A DNA stretch of 64,000 nt from an uncultured Methanosarcinales archaeon (GTDB lineage: Archaea > Nanobdellota > Nanobdellia > Woesearchaeales > CAYZNE01), in contig CAYONI010000004.1 of the NCBI GenBank assembly GCA_964405295.1, positions 20,698-84,697 on the forward strand. Direction: 5' to 3'. This document shows positions 35,763 through 45,900 of the stretch, piece after piece. Both the position numbers and the translations under genes were made by a program. The stretch's first letter is position 1. Each line of letters starts with the position of its first letter. The notes under the pieces were generated by a model that saw nothing but the letters and a program-made list of their open reading frames with translations, had not been told where the DNA came from and did no database searches.

Positions 35763-35763
35763 A

Positions 35764-36294
35764 TTACTTCTTTCTCTTTATTTTTCTTTTTATCTTCGCA
35801 AGATGTTTATTCATTTCTATCTCATGCCTTATAATTACAAAAGCAGGAAAAATTGCAAAGCTTATTTTATAGATAAGAGCATAGAACAATGCAGATGCAT
35901 TTATTTGAAAAAGGTTTATAACAATTTTAAGAGTACTATAACTTACAATTAATAATCCTATGAATAGAATAAGATTACCCCATAATCGATGGTGTTTATC
36001 ATTGTAATCTTCAAGTGTTGTAATTGAATAAACAGTTAGGCTTCCAAATATTAACCCAAAGAGAATTGTTAAAGTGGTGGACATTATTTTGTCTGTTAAT
36101 AATATTATTGGTGTTAATGATATAGATGTGACTAGTATTATTACAAAGAGATAGAAAATGTTGCTCCAATAATTGAATAGCTCGCTTTTTGGTTCTTTGT
36201 CTTTTAATTTTTTAATAATGGCCGTCCCTTTCTTAATCTCCTCTTTTGTCCAAGCTCTCTCATGCATTGCTTTAATTAGTTTTTCATGATACAT
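35764..36294 (-). CDS. Hypothetical membrane protein with an N-terminal cytoplasmic helical motif
   Basis: 176 aa. The N-terminus reads ERAWTKEEIKKGTAIIKKL and is followed by about 4 TM helices. A TATA box at 36317-36326 lies about 25 nt upstream. Confidence 0.5.
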   Translation of the reverse strand: MYHEKLIKAMHERAWTKEEIKKGTAIIKKLKDKEPKSELFNYWSNIFYLFVIILVTSISLTPIILLTDKIMSTTLTILFGLIFGSLTVYSITTLEDYNDKHHRLWGNLILFIGLLIVSYSTLKIVINLFQINASALFYALIYKISFAIFPAFVIIRHEIEMNKHLAKIKRKIKRKK

Positions 36295-36422
36295 GAATAT
36301 AAATCAATTATCTATATTTATAAATATTATCAATAGGTAATATATACCACCTTAAGCTTTGTAACACCTTAACTTTTATTCCTTCATAGATACATCAGAA
36401 TAAGACTATAATTTCCTTAAAC

Positions 36423-36432
36423 TTTATAAATA
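36423..36432 (+). promoter_or_regulatory. TATA box (tttataaata) for the secretion-ATPase operon
   Basis: It lies 26-32 nt upstream of GTG 36458 and ATG 36464. AGGAG and GAGGGTG lie between it and the start. Confidence 0.5.
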
Positions 36433-36457
36433 ACTCTTTGCAGTTAGGAGTTAGAGG

Positions 36458-38767
36458 GTGAGCATGGTTAATTCAAGTTTTGGTAAGTGTTATTATTCAG
36501 TTGATAAAGAAGGGGAATCTGTAGTTCTTAGTGTAGATTGTGATTCTTACCTAAAAGTCCCAAGTTTAGAAGATGATCCTGTTCTTATGTCTCATACTTG
36601 TGATCAATTAATAAAAAATAAGAATGTTTCAAAAATAAGGTTTTCTCAGAAAAGAGATTATGAATATGGTTACGAAGAAACAAAACTTCTCAAAGAAATA
36701 GCTTTTTTTTATAATGATCTAAGTAGAAAGCCAGAGCTTTTTGCAATACAGTCGTATGAAGGAAGGTCTCATCTTGCGTCTGTTAGTAGGTGGTTGATTG
36801 AAATAAAGAATGTTGTTATAGTTCAATTAAAATCTGATCCTATAGGGGCTTTTGTTCACTTAAAGCATATGCACAGAGATATGAAAATTGCTAATGATAA
36901 AGCATTGACCCTTGATGAAAGAAATGAGATTGAGAGAGTTATGCTTTTTGTTGAATCGCTAATTTCTCAGTTAGAGCAGTTGCAATTAATTAAAATAGTT
37001 AAAGATGGGCTTGCAGGTCATGAGCCTGGTGATAGATCCATTTACAAGAAAGTTTTCAATCCTATAATTAAACCAGATTTTATGTTTAGTAAGTTAATGG
37101 CTCTTTACCCAAAGAATTCTGTAGAAAAAGCAAATTATAGTATTGGTGATAATGAGGTTGTTCTTTTTGATATTCCTGATAGTGTTCAACCAATGTACCA
37201 TGTTCTTCCGCCTGAATTTAAACTAAATGAAGAAGAGTATGAAATTTTGGATTTGGCAAGAAAAATAATGTCAGAGCATAAGCCTAAAGAGCAAGAATTT
37301 GTTGACCCAGAGAGAATGCGAGAAGTGTTTTTTAATGTTGGTCATGATCTTATACTTGATTTAGCAAATTACAAGAATATAACCCTAAATAAAGCACAAG
37401 CAAGAGATTTAACAAAAATACTTGTAAGATATACTGTAGGTTTTGGATTAATAGAAGTTTTATTAGAAGATCCAAAAGTTCAAGATGTTGCAATAAATGC
37501 GCCATATGGTAGTGGGCCTATATACCTTGTTCATGAAGATTTTGATGAATGTATAACAAATATTATCCCTACAGAAGCTGATGCAGAATCTTGGGCTTCA
37601 AAACTTAGAATGATTTCCGGGAGAAGTTTGGATGAGGCAAATCCTATTTTAGATACTGAAATATTAATTCCTGGTGTTGCTAATGCAAGAGTGTCTGTTG
37701 TTACACAGCCACTTTCCCCTGTTGGTCTTTCATATTCTTTCAGAAGACAAAGAGATAAGCCTTGGACAATTCCACTATTTATTAAAAATAGAATGCTTTC
37801 TCCTCTTGCAGCAGGGTTATTAAGTTTCTTTATCGATGGTAATAGAACAATATTGGTTGCAGGAACAAGAGGTTCTGGTAAAACTTCTTTTTTAGGAAGT
37901 GTACTAATAGAAATTATGAGAAAGTTTAGGATAATAACTGTTGAAGATACTTTAGAATTACCAACTCCTGCACTCAGAAGATTGGGGTATGATGTTGTTG
38001 CGCTTCAGGTTGCTGCTGCATTATCCAGAGACAGCACAGAATTTACTGCAACAGAAGGTATAAGGTCAACTCTAAGACTTGGAGATTCTGCACTATTTGT
38101 TGGGGAAGTTAGAAGCAAAGAGGCTGTTGCTCTTTTTGAAGCAATGAGAGTTGGTGCAGGTGCAAATGTGGTTGGTGGAACTTTTCACGCGGATAGTGCT
38201 TTTGGTATTTATGATCGATGTGTAAACGCAATTGGAATTGCAAATAACTCTTTTAAGGCTTTGGATCTTGCAGTAATTGTAAATCCTATTAAGAGTGCAG
38301 ATGGTCTTCATAGATGGAGAAGGGTAACTTCTATTACTGAAGTAAGAAAAGATTGGAAATCTGATCCTCTATTGGAACATGGTTTTGTTGATTTAATGAA
38401 GTATTCAACTGAAACAGATATGCTTGAACCAACTGACGCACTTATTAATGGAGATTGCCAGCTTATAAAAAATATTGCAGGTAATATTAAAGAATGGGCT
38501 GGTGATTGGGATGCAGTTTGGGAAAATATTCAGTTAAGAGCAGATACAAAAGAATATCTTGTTAAAATTTCTATTGATAATAATCTTCCAGGATTATTAG
38601 AAGCAGAGTTTGTTATTCTTGCAAATGATGAATTTCATAAAACCATTAATGATGTTAAAAAACTTGGTAAAGATATTGATTCTGGTAGAATCTTAACAGT
38701 TTGGAAACTTTGGCTTGATAAAGAAGTTCATAAGATTAAAATGTTAAAAGATAGTGAGAATATTTAA
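36458..38767 (+). CDS. Type II/IV secretion-family ATPase (archaeal FlaI/PilB-like) with long terminal extensions
   Basis: Motifs seen are Walker A GTRGSGKTS, Asp box IITVEDTLEL, Walker B LFVGEVRSKEA and His box GGTFHADSA. The protein is 769 aa. Confidence 0.85.
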   Translation: MSMVNSSFGKCYYSVDKEGESVVLSVDCDSYLKVPSLEDDPVLMSHTCDQLIKNKNVSKIRFSQKRDYEYGYEETKLLKEIAFFYNDLSRKPELFAIQSYEGRSHLASVSRWLIEIKNVVIVQLKSDPIGAFVHLKHMHRDMKIANDKALTLDERNEIERVMLFVESLISQLEQLQLIKIVKDGLAGHEPGDRSIYKKVFNPIIKPDFMFSKLMALYPKNSVEKANYSIGDNEVVLFDIPDSVQPMYHVLPPEFKLNEEEYEILDLARKIMSEHKPKEQEFVDPERMREVFFNVGHDLILDLANYKNITLNKAQARDLTKILVRYTVGFGLIEVLLEDPKVQDVAINAPYGSGPIYLVHEDFDECITNIIPTEADAESWASKLRMISGRSLDEANPILDTEILIPGVANARVSVVTQPLSPVGLSYSFRRQRDKPWTIPLFIKNRMLSPLAAGLLSFFIDGNRTILVAGTRGSGKTSFLGSVLIEIMRKFRIITVEDTLELPTPALRRLGYDVVALQVAAALSRDSTEFTATEGIRSTLRLGDSALFVGEVRSKEAVALFEAMRVGAGANVVGGTFHADSAFGIYDRCVNAIGIANNSFKALDLAVIVNPIKSADGLHRWRRVTSITEVRKDWKSDPLLEHGFVDLMKYSTETDMLEPTDALINGDCQLIKNIAGNIKEWAGDWDAVWENIQLRADTKEYLVKISIDNNLPGLLEAEFVILANDEFHKTINDVKKLGKDIDSGRILTVWKLWLDKEVHKIKMLKDSENI

Positions 38768-38787
38768 TTCTTACATAGAGGTGTAGC

Positions 38788-41028
38788 TTGTCAAAAGATA
38801 TTGATAAAAAACTTTATGAGAAATTCAGGGTTAAAGTTGAGAATGAATTAAAAAAAGATTTTGATACTGAAGGGGAAGAGTTAAAGCCAATTACTTCTAG
38901 GCAATATGATCGATTTAGAGAATCTTTTCTTCCAAAGAATCTTTCTTATTATGAAAAAGCTTGTGATTTTTCAGAAAAGGTTTTTAAAATCTCTCCAGAT
39001 CCTAAAAAAGCAGAAAAGATTCAAGAGGATCTTGATGCTTGTCATCTTAATTGTACTCCTACAGGTGTTGCAAGTTTTGCAATCCTTGGGCCAATGATTT
39101 TTATTATTATCTCATCAATAATTGGTTATTTATTTCCTTTTATTGTTGATGGTTCAACTGAAGGAAGTATGTTTTTTTTAGTATTCTCAGTTATTGTTGG
39201 AATGATATTAATAATACCATTAAATAAGTATCCAAATTTTCTTGCAACAACTTGGAGAATGAAAGCTAGTAATCAGATGGTTTTATCAATTTTTTATGTT
39301 GCTACTTTTATGAGGCATAGTTCTAACTTAGAGCTTGCAATTGATTTTGCAGCCGAGCATCTTAATCCCCCATTATCTTTAGATTTAAAAAAAGTTATTT
39401 GGGATGTTGAAACACAAAAGTATTCTTCAATAAAAGAATCTCTTGATTATTATCTTGAAAAATGGAAGAATTATAATAGAGAATATATTGAGGCAATGCA
39501 TTTAATAGAATCAAGTCTATATGAATCTTCAGAATCACGAAGAGTTAATGCTCTTGATAAATCTTTAGAGGTTATACTTGAAGAGACTGAAGAGAAAATG
39601 ATGCACTTTGCTCATAATCTAAAAACTCCTCTTGATACACTCAATATGTTGGGTATTGTTTTGCCTGTTCTTGGTCTTGTTATTTTGCCTTTAATGGTTA
39701 GTTTTATGCCTGAAGTAAAATGGTATCATATTGCTGCAGTTTACAATATTGCTTTACCTGCTTCAGTTTATTTTCTTGGTAAAAGTATTCTTGCAACAAG
39801 GCCGTCTGGGTATGGTCATGTTGATCTTACGACTTCTAAGAATTATAAGAAATATACTAATATTATAATTAAGGTTGGTAGTAAAGAACTTAAATTGAGC
39901 CCGTTATATATTTCTATAGCTGTATTTTCTGTGCTTTTTTTTATAGGAATATTTCCTTTACTTCTTCATGCTATTGCACCTGATTTTGATCTAGTTATAA
40001 TGTCTCCTGATGGTACCAACTCTGTTCTAACGACCTTGTATAATGTTGATGACCCTAAAACAATCCAGCATTCATTTCTTGGTTATAGGTTTAATGAAGA
40101 TAAAACAAGGAAGATAGGTCCTTTTGGTTTAGGGGCCACCCTGATATCCTTATTTATTCCTCTAGCATTTGGGTTGGCATTAGGTTTATATTATAAATTT
40201 AGATCTGCTAATGTTATTAAAATAAGAGAGAAAACACAGCAATTAGAGGATGAATTTGCATCAGCATTATTTCAGCTTGGAGGGCGTTTGGGTGATGGAC
40301 TCCCGCCAGAATTGGCTTTCGGTAAAGTTTCAGAGGTTATGCAGGGAACGGTAACTGGAAAGTTTTTCTCACTTGTTTCTTTAAATATCCGTAAACTTGG
40401 TATGTCTGTTGAACAAGCAATATTTGATAAGAAAAAGGGTGCAATAAATTTCTTCCCTTCAAATCTTATTGAAACTTCTATGAAGATTCTTATTGAGTCG
40501 TCTAAAAAGGGTTCTATGATTGCTAGTCAAGCACTAATTAATGTATCAACTTATGTAAAGCAGATGCATAGGGTTGATGAAAGATTAAAAGACTTAATGG
40601 TTGACGTTGTTTCAAGTATGAATGCTCAAATTAAGTTTTTAACGCCTGTTATTGCGGGAGTGGTTATAGGGATTACCAGCATGATTACAACCATTCTTGG
40701 ATCTTTAACAATACAGATGGAGGCACTAACAGGGGTTGGAACAGATGCAACTGCAGGGGGATTCCAAGCTGCAGGATTATTATCTATGTTTAGTGCAGGT
40801 GTGCCAACATATTTTTTTCAAGTTATTGTTGGTTTGTATGTTGTGCAGATAGTGATTATACTTACAATTATTAGTAATGGTATTATTAATGGGACAGATA
40901 AATTAAATGAGAAATTTCTTCTTGGTAAAAACCTTATTAGTAGTCCTTTGTTATACTGTTTTATTGGAGGGGTAGTCATATTAATATTTAATCTGATTGC
41001 GGGATCCATATTAATTGGTTTGATTTAG
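38788..41028 (+). CDS. Polytopic membrane protein at the FlaJ/TadC/PilC platform position
   Basis: 746 aa. TTG start with AGAGGTG 4 nt upstream and a 20-nt gap after the ATPase gene. There are several TM clusters separated by soluble helical regions. The platform assignment rests on synteny and topology, not on a motif. Confidence 0.55.
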   Translation: MSKDIDKKLYEKFRVKVENELKKDFDTEGEELKPITSRQYDRFRESFLPKNLSYYEKACDFSEKVFKISPDPKKAEKIQEDLDACHLNCTPTGVASFAILGPMIFIIISSIIGYLFPFIVDGSTEGSMFFLVFSVIVGMILIIPLNKYPNFLATTWRMKASNQMVLSIFYVATFMRHSSNLELAIDFAAEHLNPPLSLDLKKVIWDVETQKYSSIKESLDYYLEKWKNYNREYIEAMHLIESSLYESSESRRVNALDKSLEVILEETEEKMMHFAHNLKTPLDTLNMLGIVLPVLGLVILPLMVSFMPEVKWYHIAAVYNIALPASVYFLGKSILATRPSGYGHVDLTTSKNYKKYTNIIIKVGSKELKLSPLYISIAVFSVLFFIGIFPLLLHAIAPDFDLVIMSPDGTNSVLTTLYNVDDPKTIQHSFLGYRFNEDKTRKIGPFGLGATLISLFIPLAFGLALGLYYKFRSANVIKIREKTQQLEDEFASALFQLGGRLGDGLPPELAFGKVSEVMQGTVTGKFFSLVSLNIRKLGMSVEQAIFDKKKGAINFFPSNLIETSMKILIESSKKGSMIASQALINVSTYVKQMHRVDERLKDLMVDVVSSMNAQIKFLTPVIAGVVIGITSMITTILGSLTIQMEALTGVGTDATAGGFQAAGLLSMFSAGVPTYFFQVIVGLYVVQIVIILTIISNGIINGTDKLNEKFLLGKNLISSPLLYCFIGGVVILIFNLIAGSILIGLI

Positions 41029-41065
41029 CACAATCTTTAAATATAAGAAGATCTATTTTCTACTT

Positions 41066-42205
41066 ATGATAAAAAAGACAAAATATTATTCACATAAAAC
41101 AGGAAGTCTTGCAATGGGCTGCAAGTTATGTGTAAAAGGTAGGAAGTCAGTTCTATTTAGTACAGGAATTTGTCCTAGAGATTGTCTTTTCTGCCCCATT
41201 TCAGACGACAAAAAGAATAATGATGTTGTTTATATTAATGAGTTAAAGATTGATCAGCTCGACATAAAAAAGCTTATTGAAGAGATAAAAATTTCTAAAT
41301 CAAAGGGTGTCGGTATAACTGGCGGGGATCCTCTGTCAAAACTTAGTAGAACTACAGGTTTCGTAATAATCCTGAAAGAAAACTTTGGCAAAAAATTTCA
41401 TATTCATTTGTATACTAGTTTCAATCTTGCAACAAAAGAGAATATTGAAAAAGTATTTAATGCAGGTGTTGATGAAATCCGTTTTCATCCAGATTTAGAC
41501 GATCAATCTTTATGGAAGAATATAGATAATGCTAAATCTTTTTCTTGGAAAGTAGGTATCGAAGTTCCGGTTATACCAGATAAAGAAAAAGAATTATTTG
41601 ATTTACTTGAATTTTTTAAGACTAAGGTTGATTTCTTTAACTTCAACGAGTTTGAGATGAGTGATAACGCAAATGTTGAAAGATTTAAAAAGAAATATTC
41701 TGTTGCAGACAATGAATCTTATGCAATAAAGGGTTCAATTGATCTTGGTTTTAAAATAATTGATTATTGTAATAAAAATAAGTTAAATTGCCATTTGTGT
41801 TCTGTGAAATTAAAAGATAAAGTTCAACTTGCAAATAGAATAAAGTTAAGAAGCAAAGGGGCTAAGCTTAGAACAGATAAAGTAGACAAGGAAGGTTTAT
41901 TAAAAAGAGGAGTTATATATTCTCAGATGATCCCCGGGATTGGTTATGAAAGAGAATTGTATGGTTTATCTTCAGTTGATGTAAAAAAAGAGCTTGTAGA
42001 ACTTAGAAACCTTCAAAATCGTTTAAGTAAAATTTTTAATATTCCTTTAGGTAAATTGTTCATTGATGGTAAAAAGTTAAGAATATTAACAAGTGAGAGA
42101 ATTGCAAGAAGATTAGCTAAGGATATTCCTGAACAATGTGCAGTTGTTTTAGAATATCCCACTGCAGATAATTTAGGGGTTGAGATTGAATTAATAAAAC
42201 CATAG
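41066..42205 (+). CDS. Radical SAM protein (related to pyruvate formate-lyase activase, COG2108-like)
   Basis: CPRDCLFCP is a C-x3-C-x2-C cluster motif. GITGGDPL is also present. Confidence 0.75.
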   Translation: MIKKTKYYSHKTGSLAMGCKLCVKGRKSVLFSTGICPRDCLFCPISDDKKNNDVVYINELKIDQLDIKKLIEEIKISKSKGVGITGGDPLSKLSRTTGFVIILKENFGKKFHIHLYTSFNLATKENIEKVFNAGVDEIRFHPDLDDQSLWKNIDNAKSFSWKVGIEVPVIPDKEKELFDLLEFFKTKVDFFNFNEFEMSDNANVERFKKKYSVADNESYAIKGSIDLGFKIIDYCNKNKLNCHLCSVKLKDKVQLANRIKLRSKGAKLRTDKVDKEGLLKRGVIYSQMIPGIGYERELYGLSSVDVKKELVELRNLQNRLSKIFNIPLGKLFIDGKKLRILTSERIARRLAKDIPEQCAVVLEYPTADNLGVEIELIKP

Positions 42206-42226
42206 CCGATAATTTCGGAGGTAAAA

Positions 42227-42499
42227 ATGATTATAACTATAGACACAGCAAAAGATTCACATCAAGACATAAAAAAGTTAATAAAATTCTTGCAACATCA
42301 TGTTGGAGAACCAGTATACAATAGTATTCCATCAACTAATGATTTGCCAACTCCAAGCGTAGGAATGTTTGATATGTTTGGCGATGGTTCATCAAATAGT
42401 GTTCCAGATAATACCCTAAGCGATCCAATGTCTCTTCTTGAAGAGGATAATATAGAAAAAGATAAGCCCGAAGAAATAATAAGTATATTACCATATTAA
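42227..42499 (+). CDS. Small acidic hypothetical protein
   Basis: 90 aa with no Cys. GGAGGT lies upstream. It lies between the radical SAM gene and archease, with gaps of 21 and 2 nt. Confidence 0.45.
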   Translation: MIITIDTAKDSHQDIKKLIKFLQHHVGEPVYNSIPSTNDLPTPSVGMFDMFGDGSSNSVPDNTLSDPMSLLEEDNIEKDKPEEIISILPY

Positions 42500-42501
42500 A
42501 A

Positions 42502-42939
42502 ATGAAATATGAATTCCTAGATCACACTGCAGATGCAAAGTTTAGAGCTTATGGGGATAGTTTAAAGGTTGCATTTGAGAATGCAGCTCTTGCCATGTTC
42601 TCAATATTGATTAACCCAGACAAAGTTTCTTTACAGGTTCAACATAATATTTCAATATCTGCCAAAGCAAAAGAATCTTTGTTATATGATTTTCTTGAAG
42701 AACTTTTATTTCTTCTAGACACGGAAGGTTTTGTTTTAAGTAAAGTTGAAAACTTAAAATTAGGTGTTTCAAGTAATGATTTTAATCTATCTTGTATAGT
42801 TCATGGAGATAGTTTTAAGAATTATGGTACTATAACTGGTAATGTAAAGAGCGTAACATATAATGATATGTTAATAGATGAAGAATTTTCTAAAGAAAAA
42901 GATAAAAAAATTATGTTGCAAGTTGTTGTCGATCTATAA
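42502..42939 (+). CDS. Archease
   Basis: MKYEFLDHTADAKFRAYG is the canonical archease N-terminus. The protein is 145 aa. Confidence 0.9.
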   Translation: MKYEFLDHTADAKFRAYGDSLKVAFENAALAMFSILINPDKVSLQVQHNISISAKAKESLLYDFLEELLFLLDTEGFVLSKVENLKLGVSSNDFNLSCIVHGDSFKNYGTITGNVKSVTYNDMLIDEEFSKEKDKKIMLQVVVDL

Positions 42940-42993
42940 TATTTGAGAATTAAATATTATGACCAAAAACGTTTTGTTCTTGAATTTATAAAC

Positions 42994-45900
42994 TTATAAT
43001 GTTCTTATGTTTTTTATGGCTTCTCTAATATCACTATCATTCCATCCTGCTTTAATTAGGTTATTCATTATATCCTTATCAGTTAGATTGTTTTCTATCG
43101 CTTTGGCAACATAATTCATAAGCTCAGCTTTTATTGATCCAGGTGTTTTGGTAGTATTAGTAACATTACTTGTTGCTGTTGATATTTCAATAGGATCTTC
43201 CTGTTGTCTATGATGTTTCTTTTTATGCTGGCTATAGAACACAGCAATTCCAACAGTTATAATAATTACCACCACTACTAATATATAGAAGTTAGTTGTT
43301 ATTATTTCATTAGGGTCTAGGATTTCATTTTCTCCATTTGAGGAGTTAAAATAACTGTTCCCTATTTTGTAAACAACCATCTCTGTACTTGTTGAACTAA
43401 TATTATTGACTGTTGCAATTATGTCTGGTATATTATCACCGTCAATGTCTATTGCTTGAGGTTGTCCTTCAAATAATTGAATTTCTTTTGGATCTGATCT
43501 TATTACAAGAATTGCATAATTGTTTTCTGCGCCTTCACTATACCTTATTTCTTGTAATGTGATTGTGTGTTCTTCTAATACTTCTTCATTTGCTACCATT
43601 TTAGTAATTTCAAATGTTATTTGTTTTGTGAAATTAATTGATTCATTAATTATTTTTGAAGTTACTTCTGGTTCTTCATCTGTGTTTGTGTTATCGTCGC
43701 TTTGTTGATTGTCATTAGATGTATCATCGCCGTTATTGCTGAGGCTGTCATTATCATCATCTGTTGTGTTATAATCTTCTTCATCGTCACCATTGTTGTT
43801 ATTAGTATTTCCTCCTGGACTCCCACTGGGTGATGATTTACAATCTTCATTACAACTACTTGTGCTTTCTCCAGAGTCACAAGTTCCATCTCCACAATAT
43901 GATCCAAAAGTAGTTGAATTTATACATAATGCATTACAATAAGTTGTATTTAATCCATAACCTACACTAGGTGCAATTCCATTTTGATCTCCATCATCGC
44001 ATTCTTCTCCTAGATCTATCTCGGTAATATTGTTTCCACAATTAGGATTATTTATTTCTTCTGTGCAGACACTTGGTTCATACTTGCAAGTCCATCCAAC
44101 TTCTGTTAAGCAATCCATTGAACATCCATCGCTATTTATTATGTTGTTATCATCGCATTCTTCATCCTCATCAATTATTCCATCACCACAAACAATTGTT
44201 GTTTCATTGCTTGTTCCATTATTATATGTTGGTGAACCACTATTGTTAAAATAATTTTCACATGCAGTTGTTATGAGAATATCTTGAATAGTATTATCAT
44301 AAAAGGTTGAATCAAGAATAGTGTTTTCGCAACCATCAATTACTATTCCATTTTTATTATTATATACTTCTGCATTAGTGATTTGATTGTTTTTGGAGAA
44401 TTCGTTTATTACTACTCCTGTTTCTTCGTTGTCGAAAATTCTTAAATTACTAAAATTGTTATTATCTGATGAACGTAGTCTATTCCCTATTGGGGTAAGC
44501 CCCATTAATTTAAGCCCTGTTCGACTATTCTGAACTGTTAAGTTTGTAACTTGATTATAAATTGAGTCTGAAATATGCATACCATAACCACTATTATTAA
44601 CAATGACGTTCTGAAAGTTGTTAAGTCTTGACTCTTTGCTTATAATACCTACATATTTACAATTATCAAGTTTTAAGTTTGTAAATGTGTTTAAAGATCC
44701 TAGTAATTCTATTCCTTTTCCTCCTAGGTTCTCTCCCTGTCTAAGATCCCTAAGATGTATGTTTATGTTATTAACATAATTATTTGAAAAAACTAAGGTT
44801 CTATCTGCTGTTTGATAACCAAGCAGCATTCCATTTTGTACATCACTTATATTTATGTTCTCAAGTGTGCTCGATTTACTTTCTCCTATTTTTAACCCTA
44901 AGAAAAACCCAGATATATCACAATTTTTAATAACTGAATCAGTCAAACTTGTAAATTTAAATCCTGAAGTAAAAAAAGACTCTGTTGTAACAAATATTTT
45001 ATGATTTTGGCAGTCTATTATTTTATTATCTACATCTGATTTTGAAATACAATCATATGTTCCTTCTGTAACTTCCAAATCATTTGTTATTCTTATTTCA
45101 GTACATTCAGAATCATCAAGTGCGTTATTACATCCATAGCAAGTGTCACATTCACAAATATTTCCGTTTATAGTATAATTATCTCCTCCTGCGTTAGGAA
45201 TAAATAATTGGTTGTTGCTTAGATAAACTTCATCATAAGTATTGCAAGTCTGAGGCATTCTTTGTGAAAAGAGTATATCTGTGTTACTATTATCTCGAAA
45301 AACAGAGTTGGTAATTGTGTTGTTGCAGGAAGAAATAGATATTCCATATCTGTTATTATATGAATTAATATTTGTTAAAATATTATTGTTTTTACTTGCA
45401 AGAGTTATTCCAGATATCCCACTATCATTAGGCTGGTCATTGTTATAAATTTCTGCACCATCTATTATGATATTTGATGCATATTCAGTAATAAGAAGCC
45501 CTGTGCTTCGCGTATCATGCACAGCGATATCATAGAACTCACAACTTTCACATTCATGAATATAAAATCCTATGTTGGAAGTTTTATTAACAACAATGTT
45601 TTCTAAAATGTTATCTTCTCCTCTAATAAAAATCCCCCTTTCGTGAGAGTCAAACACTTTTGCATTTGCAAGATAGTTTGAATTTCCTTCTAGAAATATG
45701 GCTGAGTAAATGAATCCTCCTGGCCCAATATCATTAGTAGCTATGTTTGTAATATTTGTATTATCAACATATTGTATTGTGATCCCATCATTTAAAGAGT
45801 CAGTTACATTAATGTTATCTACTTTGCAATTATCAGATGAAGCAAGTAGAAACCCTGATTTAAATTTATGGAATTTACAATTTTGGATAGTAAAATTTTC

